Positions 22,901 through 28,607 of a stretch of DNA of 64,000 bases are shown here, one piece after another. Under the pieces are notes generated by a model. That model saw only the letters and a list, made by a program, of their open reading frames with translations, was not told where the DNA came from and made no database searches. The number at the start of each line of letters is the position of its first letter. Position 1 is the stretch's first letter. The DNA comes from an uncultured Flavobacteriaceae bacterium. GTDB taxonomy: Bacteria > Bacteroidota > Bacteroidia > Flavobacteriales > Flavobacteriaceae. The stretch covers positions 8,592-72,591 of the forward strand of contig CALHGE010000027.1 of the NCBI GenBank assembly GCA_938029725.1, read 5' to 3'. Position numbers and translations under genes: made by a program.

Positions 22901-25423
22901 CTTAGCGATGAAGCGTGTTTAAATAACGGTGTTGATGAGGGTAGTATTGAAATCACTATCAACAACTATATCGGTAATTATTCATATCAGTTATATGATA
23001 ATAGCGATAACCCTATAGCCGGCATTGGTAATTCTGGAACAGGAAATACCGCTACACCATTGATCATTTCAAACCTTGCTGGAGGTGTGTATTATGTTCG
23101 TATTATTGAAACTGAAGCTCCTTTTTGTCAAGATGATTCAAACGCGATTACTATTATTGCTCCTGAATTTCCGGTCTCTGCAACGATTAGTGAACAAGCC
23201 AGTCCGAGTTGTACGAATGATCAAGGAAGTATTTTGGTGGATCCAGAAGGTGGCGTAGGCCCATATACAGTTGTACTTACGAACACAACAACAGGAGAAG
23301 TATATTTGGAAACAAATGTAGAAGCATATATTTTTTCAGGATTGTCTGGTGGAGATTTTGATGTCACGATTACTGATGCTCAAGCATGTCCAATTACTGA
23401 TACAATCACATTGGTAACCCCTGATATTCTTGTTGCTGCTATCATATCAACTCCTTTAATTTGCTATAACGGAAACAGCGCTACGGTTACTGTGTCTGTA
23501 AACCCACGAAATGTAAGTCCGAATTACCTATATCAACTCAACCGATATGATGCAACCGGAAGTACTATTCTAACCACTTCTGCAACCCAAACTTTAGATA
23601 TATTTACTGGTTTGAATGCAGGTTTCTACAGCATTACAGCTAGTGACGATGTGGGTTGTTTTGCTGATACACCGATTGTTCAAATTGTGAATCCAACTGA
23701 AGTTATAGCGCAATTAATTCGTACAAGTCCTTTGACCTGTGCCACTGGAGTTGAATTAGAACTTTCAGCAACAGGAGGAAGTGGCAGCTATGAATTTAGT
23801 GAAGACAACATGACTTGGATTGGCATGACGGGTAACTCAGCAGTCATTCCTAATGCTAGCATTACTGGCCCATTAGGTGCTGGAACATATCGTTACTATG
23901 TTAGAGATACTGTAAATGGATGTGCTTCTGTTTTAAGCAATGAAATTTCTGAAGATACTATTATGCCACTTGCTTTTACCGAGCTAAACGCAAGCATCAT
24001 TGCTTGTGTTGGCGATACCGCTACGCTTACTGCAGATGCAACGGGTGGCCTTGGAAATTATAGATATGAACTGTATACTGATGCATCACTTAATGTCGCT
24101 TCTAGAATAGCTGGACCTCAAATTTCTGGCACATTCAACAACTTGACTTCAGGAATCTACTATGTAAATGTTCTCAGTGAAGATTGCACAACACCCGCAG
24201 AGCGAGTGGATATTGCAGAACCTATAGCTTTAGATTATACTGACACTGTTGTAAACGCACTTTGTTTCGGTGATGAAAATGGAATTATTACCGTAGAACT
24301 TTCTGGTGGTGCTGGTGGCTATCAATATGCTATCTCTCCAAAACTGAATCAATTTGACTCTGAAAACACCTTTGATAACTTAGCTCCTGGAGATTACACG
24401 GTAATTGCACAAGATCAAAATGGTTGCTTTATACAATTAGAATATACTATTATCGCCCCTGAGCTATTATCCGCTATAGGTTTAGCTACTCCTGAAGTAT
24501 GCGCGGGTGATCAAGATGGGACCATAACACTTACTATTCAAGGTGGCACGGCTCCATATAGTACTCGATTAAGTGATGAGTCTAATTTTGTCCAAGACCG
24601 AGTAGCTTTGACCGATTTATCTGCTGGGGCTTATATTATCTTTATAAGAGATGCAAATGGTTGTTCTACAGATGTTGGGATAATCATCGAACCTGGTGCC
24701 AACTTGAATGCAATAGTAACACCAATCTACGAATGTACTGAAGACACTCCTGAAAATTATGTTAACATAATATTAGAAGATCCAACGGTTCTTGGAGATG
24801 TGCTTTATGCCTTAGACTCTACAGATCCTGCAGATATGCAATTGAATCCTGACTTTAGAAATTCTGCTCCTGGTTCACATTACATAGCCATTGCTCACTC
24901 AAATGGGTGTGTGCTAACTGTAGATTTCGAAATCGAATCTTTTGAACCTCTCACCCTTGTTTTGGAACAAAACAATCTGAATGAAATTACGGCTATTGCG
25001 GAGGGCGGGGTGGCCGATTATACTTTCTATTTCGATGAAATAAATAACGCCTCAGACAACACCTATCGAATCAATAGAAGTGCTACTTATGTGGTTCGCG
25101 TTATTGATCAAAATGGCTGTGAAGCAACCGCATCTATAGCTATGGAGTTTGTAGACATTGAAATACCAAACTTCTTCACTCCAGATGGCGATGGCCTCAA
25201 TGACCGCTGGATACCTGAAAATATTGAAGGATGGCCTGAAATACTAATTAAAATTTATGATCGTTATGGTAGGGTGGTTGAAGACGATGTGATCAGTCAC
25301 AACGGATGGGATGGCCTCTACGACAAAAATGAATTACCTACCGGTGATTACTGGTACGTACTAAAACTCAACGGTGAAAATGATGACCGCGAATTTGTAG
25401 GTCACTTTACCCTTTATCGCTAA
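10946..25423 (+). CDS. Giant SprB-like cell-surface adhesin (4,825 aa) with type-B T9SS CTD
   Basis: Single uninterrupted 14,478-nt ORF. It has a signal peptide (MIFDFTKKVLFISIFLLSLIGFSQ), a ~375-aa unassigned N-terminal head, and a DUF11-like domain (EPDIILEKRVEDIAGNDI...YVLSFRNLGNDDGTSYTIRDVLP). Tens of ~75-95-aa modules follow, each with the SprB-repeat-like signature C.G..DG.I.....GG..PY.Y..DG and a second Cys near ...D.NGC. The protein ends in FFTPDGDGLNDRWIPE...YWYVLK...GHFTLYR. Confidence 0.9.
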   Translation: MIFDFTKKVLFISIFLLSLIGFSQEYNSFEVRYQNNIKGDLTFISNQILNRDGGTATTTPENGYNNLSTDTDNDPETGGRQNYNDYKQMQYVNVDPGTGRFNSSTANLVFPNPDCNLIRYAGLYWSATYPSATANGSYDGTTYTGNTVAVGTGRQNDFNQVQLRVPGGAYVGITADEILFDGSTSTDATVLQNSPYACYADITSLITPLTNPTGDYTVANIRATTGGLTPGGGSTGGWTLVIVYENPNLTGKLITTFDGFARVRNTDQVDIPYNGFTTIPSGQVNADIGAATLEGDFRITGDRMQISAASNAGFTTMSNGSNPADNFFNSNITLNGVDLPGRTPSSSNTLGFDTDIFTLNNFANSVIPNNETAATFRFETNGDQFYPYFNSFNIEIIEPDIILEKRVEDIAGNDITGLGVNLGQTLDYVLSFRNLGNDDGTSYTIRDVLPINVTLDESSYVLPTGMLPPTYNPATRTVLFTVPDALVQMSDPVSSIRMRVRVAENCYDFIDACTDLIQNVAYSTYRGVVNDNQITDDPSVTDFNTCGFIIPGATNFLLDDLENCNFTRTVQLCGDSVLLDAGNNFDTYVWVSDDNANGLFDATDTVLQTGTSDTLLITQEGTYIVDKIVADPCKGFKEIFVVERFGSNTVNPIIEYFNTVNADADVTNNIEGEITTCSIDGDQLAKIFLCGAGDSQILQTNITDAQTISWEQLDESSCTAAPDDCANKNATCGWTQVATGSSHTVNSAGKFRLVVTYQNGCFNRFYFDVFQNNLTVAYEIRDIICTTDGYINITNLGNGYGFELIDITNNTILVPFSANNGPNFSISSNGQYRVDVVQLDTSGNPIPNACIFSTPDIGIRERDFQVDITTTPANCNAQGSIQVDILNVDPNYTYILRRLDGTLIDDETAQLDNTHTFNVNAGDYTIEVATDDGCTFSQNVTVARTLDPTISALLTRDIGCSAGMITMTAADGFPNPDYGFAIWSWSGDTSPRYSTISDIPGSAYQVETVFTFGWRDTDFDSVDEYFSGEDGTYVFVVVDANGCSALSNPVTISDNGAMTLSITEDAFVSCSGSNDAAITIVTAGGIGPFTYSIDGGTTIQSTPAFVGLSAGAYAVQVTDSSGCTIDLIHDISEPFPLSASSGVSRDATCDPMGAEVRITNVVGGSAPYLYSFDGGATYGASSLAVLPVGTYTVIVRDDTGCEFPMVVAVEDTPPPPGVSLTPEINYNCDGSGTITATPSIGTYNYTYELDGVLNSPDPSSNVFLNVSPGTYTVRTNYVAAAPPTPSLLLNEDFGNGLTIQNPNTTGYFYENQTNGTNPNMRPGDTNSNINDYEYAVTSDIVAPFGAWIRPDDHTSNGTIADGRFLVINIGAPTPGQIIYQKVINDIIPNQPLDISLWLINLVRSTSSIVEPDLTIELRDTTTGVVVATANSGAVPNNEIWNQYILPLNPGANTSLDLVITTNESRISGNDVAIDDITVYQTPEVCPLFVETPVTVVAGLVFGSTGVGSTNVSCNGLADAAITFEVENFDATAGFEYSVDGGTTYIGSLTSPVTTGAIFGAGSHTILIRKANEITCTSAVTTAISEPAALIASASITRPISCINGGATITASATGGLPTYQYQLEDTSGTVLTAYQAETTFTGVAAGDYIIRVRDNTLCEDSIDAVLTVAPTNAILFDLVETTCYSGANDASIQVNVTDGNGAYTFSINGGPWLTPTPSNATTHTFENLANGSYTINVSDGSGCIGVLQNITINPELTVSANAPIISACATSTDVTITASGGDLSYVYAVVPTGNTVVDGDFNTTNPVTGFTSGTYDVHVRDNNGAAGYCFDVHTLTIVQDAPITITPSPTAVSCFGGADGAINIVVDSGGFGPFEYSIDGGATYVAGTSFVNLAAGTYSVLVRDANLCETTPADVIVTQPAQLVAEAVLTQDYTCIQLGQISVGSVTPTAGGSGNYQYSINGGTWTASTTGGHTFVDLLDGTYSIRFRDANTISCENTIADVLISPLPIAPVLTSAISYNCDGSGDITITPFDASYTYILDGVLPGQTGASSNVLTNVAVGTHTVTLSYGSDCSVDLAVIVAPGNAFEASITAFENLDCNADNSGTITITADNFGAGGFEYSLNSAAFVGPFTTPEQITGLAAQAHSIVVRDFDDPVAGCTITLNQTLTEPTILVAAASVTEAFTCNNTGATITASATGGTPAYEYQLEDTLGGIITPYQTITSFTNLATGDYIILARDTNNCSDPIDTAITVLAPVSPTFTATPTACYSGANDGSILVDVTSLPGNGSFQFSLNSGPWITPTPPTAIAYTFENLANGTYTIDLRDAFGCTAAQQSISINPQVTANAVLTQNLTCLVDASIAITANGGSGSYSYEWGNTATGPWNTSNFTSNVFTTNTDGAYFFRVLDTTVPTACEVISNSVIITPAVLPVITSITPTNLTCNADNSGALDIVFDASIGLAVFVINVQNTSTATDYGTQTSGLPAGNYTVTLTDAKGCVDSEIAVITEPDPINYLATSVPITCDSVGLSTNPGSITISGTTGGTPEYTYILTANNGIATQTYTTTSIARDHTFNILNFGIYQIDIVDANGCASFSTEIIASPPNDLDIDVSTATVNCATGGTAIVTVGAAVGSGTYEFAILENFTSPYSSTYVGPDPTPVGNTDTATFTGLTPGITYTFVVHDLTTNCYYFETADAPIDSPSNITSVLDAVANVTCTGSSDGNISFTFDNYDAGATAVNYEIFNSQSNVTTGDTGTSAVNPPTGAVTVANFASLAPGEYYLLFSEVGGPFAGCTVFGGEFSIRESVNLLDLSLAITKNDNCNTNAGVITATGQFGTAPYEYQFLPTGAIAPTLATWAGSAINVFNGEGATYDVYIKDANNCIQFDIILLPTEPSPEISVALVDECVPEGTYQVVVSLDVVGISPYSLSVNGAAFQNMTFNGSNQFTISNLSSGAAQTVEIQDLNGCGELESFTIQPPLQFNATLTTLLDCEIAPASNAEITIDISAGSGNYEYEITGPINEARTALPSDPFVWALASAAGTYRVTIYDMSTAIPNCSRFIDVLVPPAVLPIFTEVHADVTCNGATDGTITLTETPTGVNPLTYSITPALGTFNAATNTFENLPVGNYTVTGRGANNCPLDLIGISIGEPAIITIPAPAVVEFACALGNNQNNATITIDDTAITGGSNTYVRYEFINDQGTPAAGDDVVVQNGTNLVYTETSIAGGTYIINAYDDNGCIGTTTATILPYVSITDPTVTITQDITCSPGNDAELTIGITITPAAGATNISYAVAGTDNAYNAPSQASNVFTALGIGNYLVTVTNSLTGCLVQTTFEIEDPNTFEIATTVTPAVCFGDDGSVSFTISDLISPYAGGFAWQIYESQGTLALGDDLLIIGATGVSATIGPTTPFAIAAGEYRVEVTQDSDPSCVNNAFFSIASPSAAITANTSATQITCVGNDGVIEIIDVLGGWGDYQYYVGTVAPTVVGDYVATLRFDSLAPGTYQAWVIDQNGCQAEVQNTIVLADPTPINATLQLNQPNCPNFAGEIAVIGITGGQGSTYSYQLIKDGTPLGTPQNTSVFSGLDAGSYTVQINDQWSCTFTTAAQLLYEPIVPLASITKTIDCTLDPGGQITITQNGGSGAFDYLVTFPDLTTTASNTTGVFTTLTQVGDYMFTITDQAIGHACPVTIIQNLQDIVLPVLTIDNATNVTCNTADDGTITVSTIDNGAGPYTFEIISGPGSSVSFPIAATSNTATSAIFTGLEGSAAGITYTIRARGANNCTADISELITQPLLIVIPLPTVVQFACNAGNNTDNATITIATPTGGSGTYLRYEFINDQGTATTVDDILVQNGSNNSYTESNFTGGNYMINVYDDNGCMSTQSATINPFVSISNPTVTVTQAVTCNPVILEEIQVGVTVTPTSGLTNLEYTTTGTNLVYNQTNATGLFTGLGVGNYAISITNLTTGCIVQTTHEILDPDVIRAVITKLSDEACLNNGVDEGSIEITINNYIGNYSYQLYDNSDNPIAGIGNSGTGNTATPLIISNLAGGVYYVRIIETEAPFCQDDSNAITIIAPEFPVSATISEQASPSCTNDQGSILVDPEGGVGPYTVVLTNTTTGEVYLETNVEAYIFSGLSGGDFDVTITDAQACPITDTITLVTPDILVAAIISTPLICYNGNSATVTVSVNPRNVSPNYLYQLNRYDATGSTILTTSATQTLDIFTGLNAGFYSITASDDVGCFADTPIVQIVNPTEVIAQLIRTSPLTCATGVELELSATGGSGSYEFSEDNMTWIGMTGNSAVIPNASITGPLGAGTYRYYVRDTVNGCASVLSNEISEDTIMPLAFTELNASIIACVGDTATLTADATGGLGNYRYELYTDASLNVASRIAGPQISGTFNNLTSGIYYVNVLSEDCTTPAERVDIAEPIALDYTDTVVNALCFGDENGIITVELSGGAGGYQYAISPKLNQFDSENTFDNLAPGDYTVIAQDQNGCFIQLEYTIIAPELLSAIGLATPEVCAGDQDGTITLTIQGGTAPYSTRLSDESNFVQDRVALTDLSAGAYIIFIRDANGCSTDVGIIIEPGANLNAIVTPIYECTEDTPENYVNIILEDPTVLGDVLYALDSTDPADMQLNPDFRNSAPGSHYIAIAHSNGCVLTVDFEIESFEPLTLVLEQNNLNEITAIAEGGVADYTFYFDEINNASDNTYRINRSATYVVRVIDQNGCEATASIAMEFVDIEIPNFFTPDGDGLNDRWIPENIEGWPEILIKIYDRYGRVVEDDVISHNGWDGLYDKNELPTGDYWYVLKLNGENDDREFVGHFTLYR
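14777..15397 (+). other. Embedded jelly-roll/carbohydrate-binding-like domain (207 aa) inside the repeat array
   Basis: aa 1278-1484: ...LLLNEDFGNG...DYEYAVTSDIV...DGRFLVINIG...ISLWLINL...ISGNDVAIDDITVYQ. It lacks the Cys-bracketed module pattern. The terminal GND.A(I/L)DDI motif is typical of galactose-binding-like/CBM-type beta-sandwich domains in Bacteroidota surface proteins (recalled, not searched). Confidence 0.55.
15698..16230 (+). repeat. Intragenic segmental duplication A, copy 1 (two modules)
   Basis: EPAALIASASITRPISCINGGATITASATGGLPTYQYQLEDT...CYSGANDASIQVNV...TFENLANGSYTI...ITINPELTVSANA. About 55-60% aa identity by eye to copy 2, well above typical inter-module similarity. Confidence 0.7.
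17453..17986 (+). repeat. Intragenic segmental duplication A, copy 2
   Basis: EPTILVAAASVTEAFTCNNTGATITASATGGTPAYEYQLEDT...CYSGANDGSILVDV...TFENLANGTYTI...ISINPQVTANA. It lies 1,755 nt downstream of copy 1. Confidence 0.7.
20147..20970 (+). repeat. Intragenic segmental duplication B, copy 1 (about three modules)
   Basis: ...VTCNGATDGTITL...GRGANNCPLD...VVEFACALGNNQNNATITID...YVRYEFINDQGT...INAYDDNGC...PYVSITDPTVTITQDITC...GIGNYLVTVTNSLTGCLVQTTFEIEDP. Confidence 0.7.
22028..22885 (+). repeat. Intragenic segmental duplication B, copy 2
   Basis: ...VTCNTADDGTITV...ARGANNCTAD...VVQFACNAGNNTDNATITIA...YLRYEFINDQGT...INVYDDNGC...PFVSISNPTVTVTQAVTC...GVGNYAISITNLTTGCIVQTTHEILDP. It lies ~1.88 kb downstream of copy 1, with about 55-60% aa identity by eye. 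Confidence 0.7.
25145..25420 (+). other. Type-B T9SS C-terminal sorting domain of the giant adhesin
   Basis: EFVDIEIPNFFTPDGDGLNDRWIPENIEGWPEILIKIYDRYGRVV...GDYWYVLKLNGENDDREFVGHFTLYR. Confidence 0.85.
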
Positions 25424-25448
25424 TACTAATGCTTAACCAAAATAAACA

Positions 25449-26393
25449 ATGCGAACTAAAATATTAATCCTACTGTTGTTCTTGTCTGCCGCTACTGTGA
25501 GAAGTCAAGAGCTTACAATACCTCAACTTTCGCAATATTTGGCAGACAACCCTTTTGTGATGTCGCCCACATATGCAGGAATTGGAGACCATGTAAAAAT
25601 TCGTATTAACGGACTAACCCAATGGGTTGGTATAAAAGATGCGCCTGATACACAATCTTTAGCAGCAGATGCCCGGGTAGGTGAAAAGTCGGGTTTAGGT
25701 ATGTTATTGTACAACGACAGTAATGGAGAAACTAAACAAAGAGGTGCTCGAGTTTCGTTTGCACACCACCTGACGATTGATCGCTACGACGATAAATTTC
25801 TTTCTTTTGGGCTTTCTTATAATTTTAATCAATTTCGTATTGATATTGAAAATTTTGATGCCTTAGACCCAAGTGTTACGGATGATCGCGCTACAACGAA
25901 TCACAATTTTGATGTTGGCCTCTTATACCGTTGGGATAAATTTTATGTCAGCTTAAACGCTTCAAACATTATTAACAAAGACTTGACAAAGTTCAACCCT
26001 ATTTTTGAGCCTAACAGGTTACGAAACTATTATGTCTATACTGGCTATCGCTATAAAAAGACTAAAAACAGTGATTTCGAAATTGAACCTTCGGTGTTCT
26101 TTCAATACTTCGAAAGTGATGGACGTTCGGTAACCGATCTAAACGTTAAATTTAGATGGTATGATTTTGAAGATTACTACTATGCAGGTGTAACGTATCG
26201 TTTCTTAAATGATCAAGTTGGTGATCCGCTATACATTGCTCCAATTATCGGCTTAAAAAAGAATAATTTTTACTTTGGATATTCATATCAGGTAATTCTT
26301 AATGAGATATTAGGATACAGCACAGGTACCCATGTCCTTACACTTGGTGTAGATCTCTTTCAGGGGGTTAGTAATTGCCGATGTACCTACTAA
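25449..26393 (+). CDS. PorP/SprF-family T9SS outer-membrane protein (SprF-like partner of the giant adhesin)
   Basis: 314 aa with signal peptide ...ATVRSQ. Contains LSQYLADNPFVMSPTYAGIG...RINGLTQWVGIKDAPDTQ...GEKSGLGMLLYNDSNGE, the canonical PorP/SprF pattern. It starts 25 nt after the giant ORF stop. Confidence 0.88.
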   Translation: MRTKILILLLFLSAATVRSQELTIPQLSQYLADNPFVMSPTYAGIGDHVKIRINGLTQWVGIKDAPDTQSLAADARVGEKSGLGMLLYNDSNGETKQRGARVSFAHHLTIDRYDDKFLSFGLSYNFNQFRIDIENFDALDPSVTDDRATTNHNFDVGLLYRWDKFYVSLNASNIINKDLTKFNPIFEPNRLRNYYVYTGYRYKKTKNSDFEIEPSVFFQYFESDGRSVTDLNVKFRWYDFEDYYYAGVTYRFLNDQVGDPLYIAPIIGLKKNNFYFGYSYQVILNEILGYSTGTHVLTLGVDLFQGVSNCRCTY

Positions 26394-26480
26394 AACTAAA
26401 ATCTAAACTTCTTTCCGTCTGGGCTAAGCAATTGTTTAGTTTTCTCGATTGATTGATTTAAGTTTGCCAAAAGCTATATT

Positions 26481-26843
26481 TTGGGAAAAATTAAAGTTGA
26501 AAATATTCGAGTATATGCCTATCATGGCTGTTTGAAAGAGGAAACTATCATTGGTAGTGACTACTTGGTTGATGTTATCGTAAATGCCAACCTTAAAAAA
26601 GCTTCCAAATCTGATAACTTAGTACAAACAGTTGATTATGTCCACATCAACCAAATCGTCAAAGAAGAGATGAAAGTACCTTCTAAACTTTTGGAGCATG
26701 TAGGAAAACGAATACTAGACCGTATATTCTCAGAGATTGCACTCGTAAAAAAAGCAGCAGTATCGGTTTCAAAAATCAATCCGCCCATTGGTGGCGATGT
26801 AAAGAAAGTAACCGTATTTTTGAAAGAAAAAAGGACGGCTTAG
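26481..26843 (+). CDS. folB: dihydroneopterin aldolase
   Basis: 120 aa, GKIKVENIRVYAYHGCLKEETIIGSDYLVDV...DYVHINQIVKEEM, typical of FolB. The start codon appears to be TTG (26481); no in-frame ATG is available upstream. Confidence 0.82.
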   Translation: MGKIKVENIRVYAYHGCLKEETIIGSDYLVDVIVNANLKKASKSDNLVQTVDYVHINQIVKEEMKVPSKLLEHVGKRILDRIFSEIALVKKAAVSVSKINPPIGGDVKKVTVFLKEKRTA

Positions 26844-26887
26844 GCTTTCCAATAGCTAAAAACATAGTACCTTTGCAATTCAATTCT

Positions 26888-26958
26888 GGCATCGTGGCCG
26901 AGTGGCTAGGCGCAGCTCTGCAAAAGCTTGTACAGCGGTTCGAATCCGCTCGATGCCT
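26888..26958 (+). tRNA. tRNA-Cys (anticodon GCA)
   Basis: 71 nt folded by hand. Acceptor stem GGCATCG/CGATGCC, anticodon loop CTGCAAA (anticodon GCA), T arm AGCGG-TTCGAAT-CCGCT, discriminator T. CCA is not encoded. Confidence 0.88.
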
Positions 26959-26960
26959 CT

Positions 26961-26996
26961 AAAAAACTCTATAGAAATATAGGGTTTTTTCTTTTT
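26961..26996 (+). terminator. Rho-independent terminator after tRNA-Cys
   Basis: AAAAAACTCTATA-GAAA-TATAGGGTTTTTT hairpin followed by CTTTTT. Confidence 0.7.
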
Positions 26997-27089
26997 AATA
27001 GATTTTCTAGTCTCGCCTTTCTGAAGTGTTTTTACGGCTTTCGTAATGCATTGAGTCGATTACATCTTTCATAACTCTAAACTTAGCTC

Positions 27090-27776
27090 CTACTCTCGTA
27101 TGCTTTCTATTTTTTCTATTCCTTTTTCGATGTTGAATTTATCTTTAGGAAGAAAGCCCTTGGTAATTAACACTAAGCCGCAGATGACTAAAATAACACC
27201 AAGTCCTTTTTTGATTAAATAAATTCGCTCTGGAGTCAGTTTCCGTTTCAGCTGTTTTGCTAGAAGAATCTTAAAAACATCGGTCACAAAATAAGCTAAT
27301 AACATAGAACCAAAGAAGACTCTGATGCGAATAGGGTTGTTGTCTACGCTTGGGCCGACAATAATTATAATTCCCAGCCAAAAGACTAGAACCCCGATAT
27401 TGATAAAGTTGAGTAGAAAGCCTTTTATAAAAAGTCCGGCATACCCCTTTTTAGTAAATCCAATATTATTTTCTACTTCCGAAGATTTCTTCTTTACTTC
27501 TTTTTTAACAAAGGTTGTAATTCCGTAAACTAAAAGTATCACACCTCCAAAAACATATAAGCCGGGTTGATTACTTAAATTTTCTAAGAGCTGAAAACTA
27601 CTGAAGTAGGCCACGGTTATAAAGAGTACATCCGCAAGAACAACACCCAAATCAAAAACAATTGCTGCTCGAAAACCCTTTAGGGCGCTAGTTTCAAGTA
27701 GCACAAAAAAAACAGGACCAATCATGAAGCTTAGAAAAAAGCCTAATGGAATTGCTGCCTGTACATCTTCTAACAT
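27090..27776 (-). CDS. LysE/RhtB-family amino-acid exporter
   Basis: 228 aa, ~6 TM segments, N-terminal GFFLSFMIGPVFFVLLETSALKGFRAA, typical of the LysE family. Confidence 0.8.
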   Translation of the reverse strand: MLEDVQAAIPLGFFLSFMIGPVFFVLLETSALKGFRAAIVFDLGVVLADVLFITVAYFSSFQLLENLSNQPGLYVFGGVILLVYGITTFVKKEVKKKSSEVENNIGFTKKGYAGLFIKGFLLNFINIGVLVFWLGIIIIVGPSVDNNPIRIRVFFGSMLLAYFVTDVFKILLAKQLKRKLTPERIYLIKKGLGVILVICGLVLITKGFLPKDKFNIEKGIEKIESIRE

Positions 27777-27782
27777 GAATTC

Positions 27783-28466
27783 TTATTGCATTCTGGTTAC
27801 TTTTCCGCCAAATACTGTTTTCTCTTCCATTTTTTCTGGATCTCCATAGACCAAGACTTCTCCTCCTGCTTTTACAGTCACCTTTACATAATCAAAAGCA
27901 AATATTTCTGCTCGTGAACCCGCATTAACATTCACTGTGGAAAATTTAGTTTTTAGCTCTTTACCTTCATAAATTCCTCCGGTATTAATAGCTACATCTT
28001 GAAGATCAGAAGTTCCTTTGGTTTTTATTACTCCACCGGTTACAGTTTTTATAAGTAACTGTTCTACTTCTAATTTGATATCCAATTCACCACCTTCTTG
28101 TGCTTTCAATTCTAAAATATCTTGTTTGATGGTGTCTTGAGAGCTGATTCTAGCATCTTCATTAACATCAATAATAATTAGCTTATCCGTATAATATAAG
28201 TCTACAAAAGTACGGTAACCACTAAAAATCTTACCAATTTGCATTCTTAGTTTTAGAATACCATCACTATTTACAATAACAACTTTATTCGTGTTTGCAC
28301 CTGTAATAACAGCTTTATTAACCTCTGATTTAATAAGGTTAATAGATAAACCATCAAAAGCTTTTACTTGCGCAAAACTTTGAAGATCTATCTTTATCTT
28401 TTCGTCTTGCGACTGCAAGCATTGTAGCGCAAAAAACGATACTAAAAGTACTAGTATTTGTTTCAT
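27783..28466 (-). CDS. Secreted beta-helix protein, DUF2807/GIN-domain-like
   Basis: 227 aa with a signal peptide. Repetitive V/G-rich strands (...ITGANTNKVVIV..., ...VTGGVIKTKGTSD..., ...NVNAGSRAEIFA..., ...VKAGGEVLVYGDP) resemble putative auto-transporter adhesin head GIN (DUF2807) proteins. Confidence 0.6.
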   Translation of the reverse strand: MKQILVLLVSFFALQCLQSQDEKIKIDLQSFAQVKAFDGLSINLIKSEVNKAVITGANTNKVVIVNSDGILKLRMQIGKIFSGYRTFVDLYYTDKLIIIDVNEDARISSQDTIKQDILELKAQEGGELDIKLEVEQLLIKTVTGGVIKTKGTSDLQDVAINTGGIYEGKELKTKFSTVNVNAGSRAEIFAFDYVKVTVKAGGEVLVYGDPEKMEEKTVFGGKVTRMQ

Positions 28467-28607
28467 GACATTCTTTTTTGAGTATTCATCATCCCTTAAA
28501 CAAAATCCGTTCCAATCGCACTAGTTTTTTACAATATGCACTTTAGTTATTTTTTAAGGCATATTCTAGAGGTTGATTTAAGCTAAGAACGTATTATAAA
28601 GACATTT

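Noticed and set aside
10946-25423. The regular ~230-280-nt periodicity could be mistaken for a CRISPR array or satellite repeat.
   Set aside because: The repeats are in-frame protein modules with divergent DNA sequence inside one continuous ORF. There is no short identical direct repeat with unique spacers, and no cas genes are present.
26888-27090. tRNA-Cys as a possible integration site of a genomic island.
   Set aside because: No integrase, no direct repeat of the tRNA 3' end, and no mobile-element genes were seen on either side. The neighbours are folB and a LysE exporter.
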